Shown in pieces: positions 1-13,541 of a stretch of DNA of 64,000 bases (the stretch's first letter is position 1; each line of letters opens with the position of its first letter). Both the position numbers and the translations under genes were made by a program. The stretch comes from a virus: the IMG/VR virus record IMGVR_UViG_3300018080_000112, positions 32,001 through 96,000 of that record. One strand, given 5' to 3'. Under the pieces are notes generated by a model. The model searched no databases. It saw only the letters and a program-made list of their open reading frames with translations, and was not told the DNA's origin.

Positions 1-2147
1 CCTGATCTTCCCCAGACCATCGTTCTTTTCTTTGTAGTTCAGCAACTCCAGTACCTGTTTGATATACTGGTAGTTGAACCGTGACGAGTTGTCTGTCATG
101 TTCTTGTTCTCCCCTGTTCTCGTCATCTTAGTTCATGTCCTTCGGTAACTTCTCCGGTTTCTTGACCCCGTTTGTCTTCAACCGGAAATTCCAGTGGTCC
201 TCATCCTCTTCTGTCATATCCCGCTCAAACTCGCCTTCAAAAGCGGAGTTACACAAGCAAGTACCCACGGGGATCTTCTGACCGTTTCGCTCTTTGTCAG
301 GTTGATTGAAGATCTCTTGCATGTCGTCAATCAGGTTGTTGCTGCAAGATGAGCTACCTGTGAGAAAGAACGCGATGTTTTTTTCATCCCAGAACTCTGG
401 AACCACCATTGGCAACTCAAAGCTGACCTTGACCAGCACAGTCTTCTTTCGACGCACGCATTCTTTCCCATGTTCACGCCCGATCTCTTGCCGACAGTAC
501 ACACAGACCTTCGTGATCGGGTCCACTTCCTTCTCTTGTACCAACCAGGAGTCTTGTCTCATTCTTTGTTCTCCTTTTCACATAACGGGTCTTGTGGATC
601 TACAGGAAGATCCATATCCCCTCCGGCGCAACAAAGCATAGGTTTGCGATCAAAAAAACTACAATTATAACATCTGTATTTCCTATACAATTTTGAATCA
701 TCCTCATGAGGGGGATTGTAAACAAAAGGTGGAACATCAAGTGTAGTATCCCATTCGAATTCATTCTTGCAATCACAGAGAGCACTGTCATTTTGACAAA
801 GAAAGCAAATCCCTTCCCACTCTTGTTTCATTCTTTCACCTCATAATCACTACAGCCGCAATCCACACGCAACTTCCCATGAACCACACACCAGGGGTCA
901 ACTTCTTCCAGGGGGTCATCTGAGTTGTTACATGCGCAAGCCGCCGCTGGTAAGTTATGAACGGGACAGACCTCGATATCCTCATCTTTGTAATAATCTT
1001 CGTTCTCCTTCTGAAGACGCGCTGTTTCCGTTTCCAGAAAGAGAATTTCCGGATCTTTTTCCTCAATAGCTTCCGCCACATCTTTGACTGTATCCAGTGG
1101 CTTTTTGAGCGGCGAACCTGGCGAAGGAACACCCATCAAGCGATCTGTCGGAAAATCAGCAAACTTTGTGAGGTCTGCATTTGGCGGATATTTTGGGGTC
1201 CACTTCCCCTCGACAGGTTTCTTTGTCTCCGCCTTGTCTTCTACAGGCTCAAACAGTGTATTGAACCAACCTTCGTTCATTCCGGGGGTCGCAAAACCAT
1301 CTTCTTTCACCGGCGGAGGGGGAACATTAAAGATACCCCTTCCTGGAACATCTACTGGAAACTCCGCGCCGTCTGGGATCTTGATCCAGACCTTGTAAAT
1401 CTTAATCCCTTTGGCTCTTGGATTACCACGCCCTGCAATCGTGCCCACGGCGTATTCGTATTGCTCCCCATATTTGAACCACGGCATGTTGCCACTCTCA
1501 CATATGCAACGAGCCGTCCTTCTCTCGCCAAAACCGTCCTCAAGAATGGACTCAAAAACACTTGCATCAGACATGTTGTATTCTCCTTCGGATATTGCGC
1601 ATCAATAGACCATTGAAGCACCTGTCTTATGTGGTCATACTCCAGCTTACCTTCTGGGTTCTGGTGTGTTAGAACATAATGCTTATACACCTTTTTCAAC
1701 CACGCTAGATTTTCATCCATGAGTTGCTGATAAGCTCGTTTGTTCATCTGTGTTCCCATATCAGCGACTCCCCAACTTGATTGTGGCGTCACCAAAGCAC
1801 CAAACATCCTTCTGGACCTCTTTCGGTACTACGATGAGACCCTTTTGTCGTTCTCCGCGCTCAAGCTCTTCTATACGCCTCTCTGCACATTCTAGGCGCT
1901 GTTCAACTTCCTTCAAATCTTTTCGTGTGACTCCGATGCAATTATCCAGGTCATTCGGGTCAATCACTTGTGTTTGAAGAACCGTCTCGCACCCCTGCAA
2001 CGGTAACCCTTCGAAAGACCGCGCCGATATACGCTGCATCAGAATCTTATTGTACTTTCTCAAGGTTGGATATCCGGGTTTTATACTTGATCCTCCGGCG
2101 GACATGCTCGCCTCCTGTCAAAATGGTTTCAATACATGACTCCCTTA

Positions 2148-2177
2148 TAGAGACACATCTATTGTCAAAGTTGAACC
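2148..2177 (-). promoter_or_regulatory. Bipartite promoter-like motif GGTWNN-N16-TGTCTCTA (first copy)
   Basis: The same geometry occurs on the minus strand at 7454, 16550, 28226, 31583, 38898, 48412, 51308 and 57427, always upstream of minus-strand ORFs. Confidence 0.7.
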
Positions 2178-2222
2178 GTTTGGGCTTGAAATAAAAAAGT
2201 AGAAGGGTAAGAAACGCTTGTG

Positions 2223-2235
2223 GTTAGGACCTAAC
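2223..2235. promoter_or_regulatory. 13-bp palindrome GTTAGGWCCTAAC (first of 12 perfect copies)
   Basis: Other copies start at 6795, 12338, 20019, 28938, 34510, 36059, 37535, 39789, 43845, 51256 and 56557; a one-mismatch copy is at 31175. Confidence 0.8.
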
Positions 2236-4494
2236 TTTTTTCCTGACTCCGTTTTTCCATCGCCTCAACAAAAGCATCCCACATTTCACGAAGCGGGATC
2301 TTCCAAGTCTCCCCCGTCCCCTTTTGCGAGAAGTACGGCGCTCCGTTGATCCCCCCGTGAACGTGACCAATCTTTGTTTCCCCGTCATCATCAAAAACCT
2401 CTGCGCCGCCCGTGAAAAAGGTCAGAATCCCCTCTGTATGCCTTGGTGACATCACCAGCTTCAATGGAACTTGAATCATGATCTCTTCATCTGGCGGACC
2501 CTTGATGCGCTCCTCATATGGAATACGAACCGGGTCCTCAAGATCGTCATGGTTTCCGTTGTCAACGTCCGGGCTGGTCTCTTCGATCTGTTCCTCTACA
2601 GGTTCCTCTGTTTCCTCTGTGGGGTTTTCTCTTGTCCGTGGTAGGTTGAGAGGATTCGCCGCTTTTGCGGCTCGCGCCAACTCCTCTTGTGACGCTTCGT
2701 ATCCATCTGGGTCCACAAAATGCCACCAAGCAATCGTACCGTCTATGTGTTCAAACAGAACCGCAATATCTGGCGGACCCGGTCGGTGGTCATGTTGAAA
2801 AGGGGGGTTCTTTGTCCATCCCAGAATAGTCCACCCCGCGCCGTGGTCCTCTTTTACCAAGCAAGGTTCTTTCCCCTCATTGAACCGCCACTTGATACGG
2901 AAAGGAGGCAACGGGCTTGCTGTGTGTGGTCCGTAGTTCAGGCGATTAAGCCGAGAACTATTAATCCTTTTTAATCCATCAAAAAGTAACATCTTCTTTC
3001 CCCTCTCCCGTTATATTTTATGTTCTTATGTAGACCCCACCTTTCCACCAATTGAAAAACCTTGCATTTTTGGTTCGCTCACCCCTTTGTAGCAACTGGT
3101 ACAGACCCACAACTCTTGTTGAACCTGAGCCATCGAATCCACAGCCTGGTTCGATGGCATCCCCTGACCGACCATGATTTTCCGCAAAGGAACATTATGA
3201 CTGACGTGGTGATTACTGCACTGTGTGATCGCACACTTTCCGAACTTAACCCCGCTCATGCGTCACCTTCTCGTATCACCTTTTTGTATGCCCAAAACTG
3301 GCGCAGAACTCTCAGATACTCGTCTTGAATCTCACCAATCAAGACCGCATCTTTCTCCGGCGGAACATCATGAGCACCGTCTTCCGGGCTGTCCAAGACA
3401 ATCCCGAACTGAATAGGTTTCAACAGCCGCCAGAGTTCCTCATGTGCTTCTTTGTAGACAGGTCCATTGTAACGATATGGTTTGATATAGTCACGTCCTA
3501 AAGAACTCTCCTCTTCAAGATTAACATTGTATATTTTCAGGTCACAGATCAACTCTGTGATTCGAATTTGTTCCTTCGTGGGGTACTCTTTCGGTAATTC
3601 CTGGTTGTCCGGATTCACAACCTCCAGGCGCGGCTCCTCTTGCACTTCTGATTCCTCATTCAATCGCACATACGGAATCACAGGCTCGCGAGGCATCTTC
3701 TCCTCTTGTGTCGATGCCACACCATTCCCCTTCTTACTTTTCCGCGCTGTGTTCTCCTGGTACATCTTCTGAGCTTTATCCATGATGCTCGCGGCGTTCT
3801 TTGCTCGCTGTTCCTTTTTCTTCTCCCGCGCCATATGAGCCACAGAACCGGGAACCGCATCATCAGCCATCTTAAAGATTGACCGCCACACGTTATCATG
3901 CGCCGGATTACCACAAGAGTACGTTTCGACCGCATCATCCAGGACCTTCTTTTTGTGCTCCTCGATCTGTTCTTCGAACTCCTTTTTGATCCAGATGAAC
4001 GCATCAACGATCTCCCCCATCTTGAACTCTTTGCAGAACTTCGGAAAGTGACGCTTCAAGTTCATAATCGGGACCGCTCGAATAATTTTGTCCTCCGTAT
4101 CAAACTCCACACTACCAATCGGCACAACACCAACCGCCGAAAGCGGACCCGCATAAAAGACCATGATGATCTGCGATTTGAACCCCAGAAAGACGGGAAT
4201 CAACTCTCCGTTTGTCTCTCGCTGGAAACGCTCTTGTTCTGGTCTCAAATCACCAAACAACTCTTCGAAACTCTTCTCTTCCATCTGTTACTTCTCCCCT
4301 GTGTACAGGTTTTCAATCAATTTCTATCGGAATACGGCGAACATTTCGGTTCTTTTTGCGCCGCTGTTTCCTCTTCCTCTTTGTCTGCGGATGTGTTGTG
4401 TGGTGCAACCACTCCTTTGGGATCTCTACGAGTTCGCCGCGCCGCATTCGGTAAAACTTGCCGTCAATTGAAATCAGTGTTCTCTTTCCCATTG

Positions 4495-5301
4495 TCAGAT
4501 ATCCAAACCAGCTTCTGTTGGGATCTGCAGCCCCACAACCTTCTTGATCGATTCTTTCCACTTGATTTTCGGGTGGTCCTTCAACTTCTCATACAGCGAC
4601 AAGATCCGCTCATCGGATTGTGATTGAAGAAGGGTCTTTCCCATCACCTTCATCGCGTGAGTAATCTCCACCCCGTTCCGCTGCAAGCGCTCCTCCAGCC
4701 GGTTCATCTTGCCGATCCAAATTGCATCGGTCACATAATCTTCCAGAGCGCTGACCGTTGCGAGCACCACATCTTCGACCACATCCAGCAAAGGTTCCAT
4801 CGATACAGAGGTTTTGAACCCCTTCTCAAAAGCAAAGCTCAAAGACTCCAGTCGCGACATGAAGGCGGGTGCGTTTGGTTCCCAAAAGCTCAGAACCTCA
4901 TCTAGCCCGGACCCGATTGTGAAGCGAAACAGAATCTGGTCTTTGTACTTCTCGCAAGCTTCGCACATTTCCCAGATCACATGGAGGTTTGGCTTGCTAA
5001 CCACAAGCACCTGGTTTCCAGCTTCCAACATGCGAACCAGCGGTGGTAAGGTATGTTCCAGGTTTGCCAGGGTGAAGTCATGCGTTGTGGGATACATAAT
5101 CGTCCCATCACGCAAACCAAAGACTCGCTTCGCCGCCTTCTCATTGACCTCTTCGTGGGTCCATGTTCCCGGCTCCTTCTGATTGAACCGAATTGCATTG
5201 GCGCAAGCGTAGCAATACAGGCAACCGTTGGCGCAACCTCTCATCACATTGAAGTTGCTGGATGCCCACTCCTTTGTCCCTGACACAGTTTTCTTGCTCA
5301 T
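4495..5301 (-). CDS. Radical-SAM-like protein (DUF5131/Gp37-Gp68 or SPL-like family)
   Basis: N-terminal 'TKEWASSNFNVMRGCANGCLYCYA' contains the CxxxCxxC cluster motif, and 'VSMEPLL' follows later, both typical of phage DUF5131/SPL-like proteins. 268 aa. Confidence 0.7.
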   Translation of the reverse strand: MSKKTVSGTKEWASSNFNVMRGCANGCLYCYACANAIRFNQKEPGTWTHEEVNEKAAKRVFGLRDGTIMYPTTHDFTLANLEHTLPPLVRMLEAGNQVLVVSKPNLHVIWEMCEACEKYKDQILFRFTIGSGLDEVLSFWEPNAPAFMSRLESLSFAFEKGFKTSVSMEPLLDVVEDVVLATVSALEDYVTDAIWIGKMNRLEERLQRNGVEITHAMKVMGKTLLQSQSDERILSLYEKLKDHPKIKWKESIKKVVGLQIPTEAGLDI

Positions 5302-6432
5302 CTCGTATCTCTCTTTCCCTGACCTTATGCTTGGGTTCCCTTACAGGTTTTTGATGATTTCCTCAATGTACATCACAGCCCACTCCAGCCGGTTATCATA
5401 TGCGTCCTGCAACTCTTCGGCTGTAATGAATTCTTTCATCGCTTCCGGATCTTTGGCGGTCTTTCGATAGATTGGTGCTTCCGCCTCGAAACAGGAGTTC
5501 AGCCAGTTTTCAACTAGAATGTCCTGATGGTCCCTCACAACGGTCTCTTTGTGGAAAGGAATTGGGCGACCACTGTCATCTGTCAGTGGTTGAACAACAT
5601 GTGCTTCCAGATCCGCCAGATACTTTTCAAGGGACTCTCTCAGATCCTTTGGGCAATACGGCGCACAACCCCGGTACTTCGTCCCACAATCCACATCGTG
5701 TGTCCAGCGAAGCGGTGTCACATCTTCTCTGAAGTTATCCAGCGGACACCACTCCGGGACGCTCTTCGGCTCTTCGCTTGACCATTCAATATAGCCGCAG
5801 ATCTTCTTGTTTTCCATCGCACCACAGAGCCAATCCGAAGCACACCCGGCTCCTGGTGTCGCCACTGTGACCTTTTTCGGACAATTGGCGCAACTGATGA
5901 TTTTGATCACTTTGATAATAGATGGTTCTGGTGGTGTGGCATGTGTTGCCATCTTTCTTTGAATAGCGGCGAGGTTGTTGATAGAACCGACCTTTGTTCC
6001 GTGGTCTGGCAAGTTTTCATAGACCTCCAACAGATCTGTGATCAACTTCTCCATCTCTTTGAAGGCTTTTCGATCCGTATCCGTGTATTTCTTTTCCGTC
6101 ATCTCCCCTGTTCCTTTCGCTATGTTTCTTCGGTTATGCGTCGATAGAAATCTTGCATGACCGTCTTGATCGCCTTTCTGAACTCTTCATGCTTCATGCG
6201 GTTATGTAATGTCTGAACAACTGGATGTTTCGATTGACGGGTCCAGTAATGCAACCAGTTTCCGTGTAGAATCTTGATTTCATCCGCTGCATTCTCAACC
6301 CCACGAACAAAGAACAAGACCTCCGCCAACTCCAGGATCAGAATCTCCACAATCTTGTAACCACCAAGCATCTCCGGTCTGTTGATTGCATACTGTATCT
6401 TCTCCAGAATCACAGCTTCGATCTTTTCCTGG

Positions 6433-6780
6433 TCAACCATCTTTCTTTCCGCCATCACCACCGCAAAGGGTCACCGAGCCGCCATCATGTAAAGACGGCT
6501 CTTGTTTCTCTTCCTCCGGCTCTTCGTCTTCTGGGAGAACTCCGATATGAGGAATCATCATGGCGTAAATCTCAGCTACCACTTGCGAAATCGTGTCAAT
6601 CGTCGCCTTGGTATCGTCTTTGTGGACGGCATGACCGATCAACAAGATCTCAACCACAGCAAGCAAGCCATAAGCAACCATCGCACCACCAATAGCAATA
6701 AAGAGATAGTGACTCCAAAAGATCCCGAGAAGGAGGAAAAAGACACCAAAAGCAACTGTACTTCGTTCAAGCATCATCAA
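6433..6780 (-). CDS. Hypothetical membrane protein
   Basis: Two hydrophobic N-terminal segments followed by an acidic tail. Confidence 0.5.
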   Translation of the reverse strand: MMMLERSTVAFGVFFLLLGIFWSHYLFIAIGGAMVAYGLLAVVEILLIGHAVHKDDTKATIDTISQVVAEIYAMMIPHIGVLPEDEEPEEEKQEPSLHDGGSVTLCGGDGGKKDG

Positions 6781-7797
6781 CTCCTATTTGCTAGGTTAGG
6801 TCCTAACTATCAGACAAAAAGTTGTGGCTCATCAGATTCGGAGATCATCTGTAACAGTTTGACAATCAAAGAGGTCACAAACAGCCCTCTCCCGTCATCA
6901 GAGCCGTCTTGGAAACACTCTTCATCAATTGCATGCAAGTGATCCAGAACATGCTTGATCCGCGCTTTTGCGTGCTCCTTTCCGTGTTTGACCTCCAGAG
7001 TGCGATGGAACACACCCGCCAGCATCTCCAGGAGCGCTTTGGCGTCACCCACGAGACGGTCCAGATCTACCTCTCCAGCAACGCTGACATAAGAATTGGG
7101 GGAAATATCGGAAGGAAACATCTCCGGCGCTTCTGGCGGCTCCTCCGTTGCTTCTGACACAACCTCCGGCGAAACATCCGCACCGATCTCATCCCCCATG
7201 ACCAGATCATCTTCGAGACCTGGAACCATATGCATCAACATCTCGAATTTCTCTTGCAAGAGGTTCATCTCGCAACGTCCGCAGAGAACGACCCCTTTGT
7301 TGACACAGGACAAACACAAAACCGCGCCGCAATCATCACACTTCGGGAGATCCTCATCTGAAACATGAGAAGGAATCTGTGTGCGACAACCTGAAGCATG
7401 ACAGAGAACTCGATAGCTCATTCTTTCGCCTTTCGCTAAAATGTTTCTACCTACAGAGACACATGTTTTACGGAAGTGTAACCACAAGAAATGATTTTTC
7501 AGAATACTTTGTGAGGACCCCCCAGGACCCGCTCATCTTCTTCTATCCCAAAAATGGTGTCAAAGGTAACCTTGACTTTTCCGACCACTTCGTCACAGGC
7601 ACGACAAACAGCGTCCTGAGTGATGCTGTCGCGGCTCTGTTCTGTCGTTCCGTTCTTTCCTGATACCTGGAACGGCTCGTGTTTGCAAAGCGGACAGGAG
7701 CCATCTACGTCAACCCTTTCGGCGGTCGGAAATTTCAAACTACCGTCCCGGACCTCATCTTCTCCGATGTGAATTGTGATCTTCACCAGACACCTCC

Positions 7798-8181
7798 CTA
7801 CTTTCGTTCTTCCGGGTCACCACAAAACAGACAACCATCCCGCGCCGGATCATTCACAGTGTCATATACACAAGCATTGACCGGCGACGGACCACACTCG
7901 TGATACTCGCTGAATTCGATATTTGACTCGTCCGCCGGATAACGCAGCGTCTCTTCTTTGTCCGCCTTGTACTTGCGCCACTCATCAGAGTCCACAACAA
8001 GCTCAAGACCAATTCCTTCCGCCTCCGACTCGTACTCGTGCTGTTGTAATTCCAGCCGCTCAATAGACTCCTGTACCGTATGAGCACACTCCCGCAAGCG
8101 AGCATGTTCCGCAAGCTTCTCGTCGTATGTCAGCTTCTTTCTTTTCCTCATCCGTTCGTTCTCCTTCTTGTTCTCCGTCAC
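7798..8181 (-). CDS. Hypothetical protein with a C-terminal Cys-rich domain shared with the 21441 ORF
   Basis: C-terminus 'CGPSPVNACVYDTVNDPARDGCLFCGDPEERK'. Confidence 0.55.
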   Translation of the reverse strand: MTENKKENERMRKRKKLTYDEKLAEHARLRECAHTVQESIERLELQQHEYESEAEGIGLELVVDSDEWRKYKADKEETLRYPADESNIEFSEYHECGPSPVNACVYDTVNDPARDGCLFCGDPEERK

Positions 8182-9645
8182 GAGCTAACAACTCCAAAAA
8201 GACCGCTCTTTTCTCTTCGTTGCTCTTCGTGACCATCATCACGTTATAAAAATACTCGATTTGATCTTCCTCTTTGGGGTCAACTCCGTACCGCGCCGCG
8301 ATCTCAGCATAGACAAACATACCTGTCGGCATCAGCTTGCTCCTTTCTTGAGTTCCAACGCTGATTGAAACCTCGCCATGATTTCCTGGCTTGTTCCAGA
8401 CGATTCCAGACAAACCAGCATAATCTTCGCTTCTGTCAAGTTGCGAACCCGACAGTTGCGACCATCTTCCAAGGTCGCACGACCCACCCGGTTCGATTGC
8501 TTTTCGAAGTGTCCTATCTCACAGGTCCAGAACATACCGGAGACCTTAGTCATCTTGAGTTCTTTCGCCCGGTCCAGAACCTCTTGCGGCGTCAAAGCTG
8601 TCGCAACCATGACGACCTCCTATCTGTTCGGGTAAACAATCCACTTTCGGAGGCGATAGCGAGACCCGCCTTCATAAGACGTAAGGATGAACCATTCGCC
8701 GTCACCGACCTCCGGAATACGATCCGGGTTGTCTTTCAGCCACTGTTTGACGGCTGTGATGTTCTTGAGAATTGTGGTCTCAAGATGTACATCCTTCGAT
8801 GGAAAGCTTGTCTTTCCGCCATTCATAACCTTCATCACAGACTCCTCTTTTTGCAGGTTACAAAGTCGAAGCGGGGAGTTGAACCCCGAAACCAGGACCG
8901 CTTTGGGTACACACATTCCTGACTACGGTTGATCATGCCTTAGCCACCCGGTTAATCGACCGCGAATCTTTCTCCGGGTACGGTCACACACTCCTCTTTG
9001 GAGCGTGCGGTTTATGTGCTGGTTGCTCTTCCGTCTGAGCCATCGACAAAAGTGTTCGTCACGACCATGGCGAGGTCAGAATCTATGATTAAGAGACGAA
9101 CACTGCGATCAATTTATCGAGCTTTCTGGACCCACACAGCGCTGTTGAGCTTGCGAGCCAGTTGCTTTTCCGTCATGGGGCGAAGGTCGCTGGTGCTACC
9201 GACCGCGAACCGAACTCCGCGAGCCGTATCGACCTTGAACAACGTGACCGTCTTGTTGTCTTTGTTGGTCACATCCACGCCGCCCTCTTCGAGCCATGCA
9301 TCCAGAACCTCGCGAGAGTAAGGCTGGCTGTATTCAGCGATCCGCGCCAGATGACCTTCGTGCTCATGTTTCCCGCCTTGTGCGTCATCCCGGCAACAAC
9401 CCGCGAGACCCGCGACCATCAGCCCGTTTGTGCTGACGTAACCAAGTTGGCTGTTACCGATCCGGTCGCGGTATGCGTTGATTTTGATGCCTGTAAGAGC
9501 ACAAACACCATCGTATTTCGCTTCAAAGAAGGTCAGGCTGTAACGGTTGTCTTTTTTGTCCGTAAGGGCTTGCGAGAAACGTTCGATGGTATTCATTGTC
9601 TGGCTCCTTTTGCCGTTCGAGAAAATCAATGCGCTTGAAAAAATG

Positions 9646-9667
9646 AGGGCAAGACTTTTTTCTGACT
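9646..9667 (-). promoter_or_regulatory. 22-bp motif AGTCAGAAAAAAGTCTTGCCCT, probable early-promoter upstream element (first of 7 copies)
   Basis: Other copies at 20586, 21403, 30146, 32487, 34196 and 35591, each roughly 40-75 bp upstream of a minus-strand start codon. Confidence 0.72.
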
Positions 9668-11221
9668 GTGATCTGAATCAGACTGGAAAGGGAATTACTC
9701 TTTGGTATCAGATACCAGGAGGGAACCGACAGCAACGGGATCTGGGATGGCAATCTGAACATTTCCCACGCGGGTCAACACATAACAGCGCCAGTTGCCA
9801 GTTTCTTGCTGATCATCTCCGAACTCAATAAGGGTGTCCTGGAACTCATACCTGGCATACCCAACCGCCATCAATTGCAGGAACAACAACTCAAGCTCGT
9901 CCGGGTCCACATAATGCAGGTTGCGCCCGAAGATGCTCTTGATGACCCACTGGTCTCCTTTGAAGACCATCAACAACACATCATATTGCTCAACCAGCTT
10001 ATCAATTGTATTTTCGTCAAATATAGCACAGTCCGTCATCTCAGCACTCCCTTAGAAAGTAATAGTTATCTTTGGTTTCACAAAAGAGAAGACTCGGATG
10101 TTTGTGGGGAGATAGCCTTGCGACATCAGTTCATTTGAGTACTGAATCGCATCCTCTTTCTCATCAAAACCCTGCGCCTTGTCGAAAGCACCATCTGTGT
10201 TAATAGCGACCACAAGCACATCTTTTGACGCCAACATTTCACGAATAGAGCTATCAAGGTCACTCTGGAGATTGCTCAGGTCCCCCACAGAAGATGCAAC
10301 CGTCTCCTGAGACTCGTCATACATCGCACGAGACTCCACTCGTGATTTGTATGTTCCTTCTGTCAAAGCGGTTGTAACAGCCCACTGACCTCCGTATTGT
10401 GTATCTTTGACAACAATCAATTTGATAGGCATAGGCAAACCATTCAGGTCTGTTGGTTCCAGCGTCGCCACAAAGTCATGTTCGCCGCCGGAGATTGGCG
10501 GATAATGTTCCGCTGGCATACCCTTCTTGTGTTCTTCGATAACAGCTTTCGAAATAATATCACGCAACCATCCATCCGAATGTTGCGCTGTTTTGTCCCC
10601 GTCCCCATTTGAATGAACCCTGGAAATCTCCCGAAGCTTCTCTAACGGATGTGTACCAATTGAAACTGGATAGCTATGCGTCTTCATCTTGTTCTCTCCT
10701 CTGTGTCTGTTCTATTCCCTTACTTACCGCGTAAGGACCTAATCTTTCAGAAGGACCGCCATTTCTTCGAAATAAATCTGGACCTCATACAAACCAGCGC
10801 TGTGACCGTACTTCCACGCCAGAGACCACAACTCCGCGAGCTTTGGGTGCAAAGTCAAGCCATGCTTCGCCGCGAGGTCATCCCGGAACTTGACCCGCAT
10901 ATCACGGTCCCCTTTCTCATGATCCTTGAGCGCTTCGTTGAACGCTTGTTGATCGAAACTGTCATTGACAGTGAACCCCTTCTCTTTGTACTTTGCTTTT
11001 ACGATTGCAAAGGTTGAGTCCGGTTCTTTCGAGTCCACCGCAAGGCTAAACTTGTTCGCCCCGTGGTCTATGACTTCCTGAAATGACAAATTGGGGTCCA
11101 CAACACGACCGTCCTTCCAGATGTGATAGATCCGGTGGTCACACTTATTCGGAAACGGTTTCGGGTTCTTATACTTCTTCAAATCCTCTTTTGTGAACAT
11201 TGGGTCCTCTCCTATTACTTA

Positions 11222-11851
11222 TTACCAGCGGCTGTATGATTCCCGCCGAATAATTCTTTTCACCTGATCTCGACTCCAGGAGTCTTGCCAGTCACATCGC
11301 CGACCAAACCGGCGGTGTAGCTTCTTCATCTGTTCGTAGTTTCCAGCACAGATATCGTACCAAATGTCATGCCAGACACAATCCCAGCGCCGTCCCTTCT
11401 CCGGTTTCCAGGTCAGCGCATCTTCTTGGCGGATCTCAAGCTTATCTCCGAACCTCTCAAGATAGGTCGGCGCTACCAGGTCAATCACGTCCTGAGACTT
11501 CTCTATAACCAGGACAGAGGTGACCTCTTCTTTACGAGCCACAGCTTGCAAACACATGCCGATTCCCAGACCATGAATCAACACATCTCCCTGAGCTTGC
11601 CAGATAAAATCGAGATGGTCCTTGATCTCCGCCGGAGTATCAGACATCACAACTTCATACAAACCACGTTGCGGTCCACAGAGCCTCGTGTACGTCCCTT
11701 GTGGCACCGGGCGCAAACCGTCTTGTAAAAGAGATGCAAACGCAGTTTCTGGTCCTACATCAAACTTCTCCACACACCAGTTGTTTTTCTTACCGTCCGG
11801 GATATCCACCTGATACTTGTGGAACCATCGTTCTTTCTTCTTTTGTGTCAT
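11222..11851 (-). CDS. Class I SAM-dependent methyltransferase (spermidine-synthase-like fold)
   Basis: 'DVLIHGLGIG' motif I, acidic 'VLVIEKS' strand, 'QEDA' and 'WDCVWHDIW'. Start moved to MTQKKK (11851) because the track's upstream extension overlaps a small ORF in another frame. Confidence 0.7.
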   Translation of the reverse strand: MTQKKKERWFHKYQVDIPDGKKNNWCVEKFDVGPETAFASLLQDGLRPVPQGTYTRLCGPQRGLYEVVMSDTPAEIKDHLDFIWQAQGDVLIHGLGIGMCLQAVARKEEVTSVLVIEKSQDVIDLVAPTYLERFGDKLEIRQEDALTWKPEKGRRWDCVWHDIWYDICAGNYEQMKKLHRRFGRRCDWQDSWSRDQVKRIIRRESYSRW

Positions 11852-11879
11852 TGAACTCTCCACAGCATGTTGTTGTTTC

Positions 11880-12014
11880 TCAGTCACCACAGCCCCCACC
11901 ACAACCACTGCAACTACTACAACCACCGCCGCCTCCTCCGCCCTTTCCCCCGCTGATTGCCCCGGCTAGTCCACAAAGAATTGCAATACCGATAAAAATC
12001 CAAAACCACGTCAT
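11880..12014 (-). CDS. 44-aa membrane peptide with a Gly/Cys-rich tail (not in the ORF track)
   Basis: Manual translation: MTWFWIFIGIAILCGLAGAISGGKGGGGGGGCSSCSGCGGGCGD*. The start overlaps the stop of ORF 12011..12319 (ATGA). Confidence 0.65.
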   Translation of the reverse strand: MTWFWIFIGIAILCGLAGAISGGKGGGGGGGCSSCSGCGGGCGD

Positions 12015-13330
12015 CGAACACCCCCTGGAACAGAAGCATCTGAGGTGAGAAATATGCTTAGAAGTTTAATGAATTCCAAACTTTGTTCTTCATCCATCAG
12101 GTATGAATCTGGCTTTTCCAGTCCCTTCCACCAAACCAGGATTGTGTAAAGGTCAACATAAGCATCTTTTTCACTGACCTCTTCTGTGGTCTCCGGTTGA
12201 CCTACCACATCCACACGATTTGTTTCTCTACTAGAACGAGCCGAACGAACATCCGACAAAACGATATGTTCCTTCCCTCCCACATCTTTTCTACTAAATG
12301 AAAAAAGTCCCTGTTTCATCTCTCAAAACTCCCAATTGTTAGGTCCTAACTTTTCAAAGCTACGGACGATTACCATTCACTCCTGGACGCTCTCTTTTCG
12401 AGCTTGGAGTGCTTCTTTTTCGACTCCGCCTCTTTCTCTTGCTCCTTTCTCTCCTGGATAGTTACGATCCACTTAGGGCGCTCTTTCATCCAGTCTGTCT
12501 TTGTGTACTTTTCCCACTGATTATTTGTGGGCTGTGTGAAAATCTTCAGATACCACCAGACATAAGACACAGCTAACACATAAATCGAATCATCAACTTC
12601 TTCTCGCTGTCGCCTCAAACACTCCGGGTCCACATCCATGGCACCAGCCAATGTTTCAAGTTCAACACGAACTCCTGGTCTTCTTGAAATTCCAGCTTTG
12701 TGAACTTTATCTCGTATCTGTTCTTTCTCAGCCAACAAGATGGTCTGTACCATCATCAAGAACTGGTTGTAATAATCTGTTGGCGAACTGATATTCATCT
12801 CTCCGCCTTTTCGACTACCCCGCTTTCCAGGTCAACCCAACCAATGAATCCATAACGCCATCCCAACCCAGCCGGAGAATCCGGTATGCGACCCGGCGGC
12901 TCTTTGAATGTATTCTGTGAACCTACGGCAAGGAATTGCATATGACCCACGTTGACCGAATCAAGAGCCATATTTTGATATACAGCCCAACGGGTATCTT
13001 CGTGGTTATACGGCGAGGTTTTCATCTCTTCGAGCGTCTCTGGCTCGACCTGTAGCGTCTTCTCTCCCATCTTATTCTCCCCTGTTACTTCGTTGTTATC
13101 TTTTCCTGAACTTCCTCCCCTTGTCATCCAACCACAACACGGGAAGATTCTCCGGACCCTTGTCCTGAATCATCAGGTCATAATCCGCCGCAAGCGTCAT
13201 CACACCCTCCAGAGTCAACTGAAATGTGTAGATAGAATCTTGCTGGACCGCTCGCGGATGTGGTGGTTTATTCCCCATCCAATGACAAACCTGAAATTTC
13301 ACCATGGCTTTTCCTATCTTAGATTCTCAA

Positions 13331-13541
13331 AGTAAATCCCCATGTATATGGGGAATACTCCAACTCGCTGTCAGAGAAGATCTCCTTGACCGGAATATCC
13401 CCATGTATATGGGGAATACAGCCACAACCGTAAAATGGTGCCAAATAAACATGGAATATCCCCATGTATATGGGGAATACGGTCATCAAGGAGACGAGCG
13501 AAATCGAGCTTGCGGAATATCCCCATGTATATGGGGAATAC
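13331..13541 (-). CRISPR. Mini CRISPR array 1: 4 repeats, 3 spacers, type I-E-like repeat
   Basis: 28-nt repeat GTATTCCCCATATACATGGGGATATTCC (minus strand) at 13514-13541, 13453-13480, 13392-13419 and a degenerate copy at 13331-13358. Three unique 33-nt spacers, 61-bp period. The degenerate copy marks the trailer, so the array reads on the minus strand. Confidence 0.95.
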
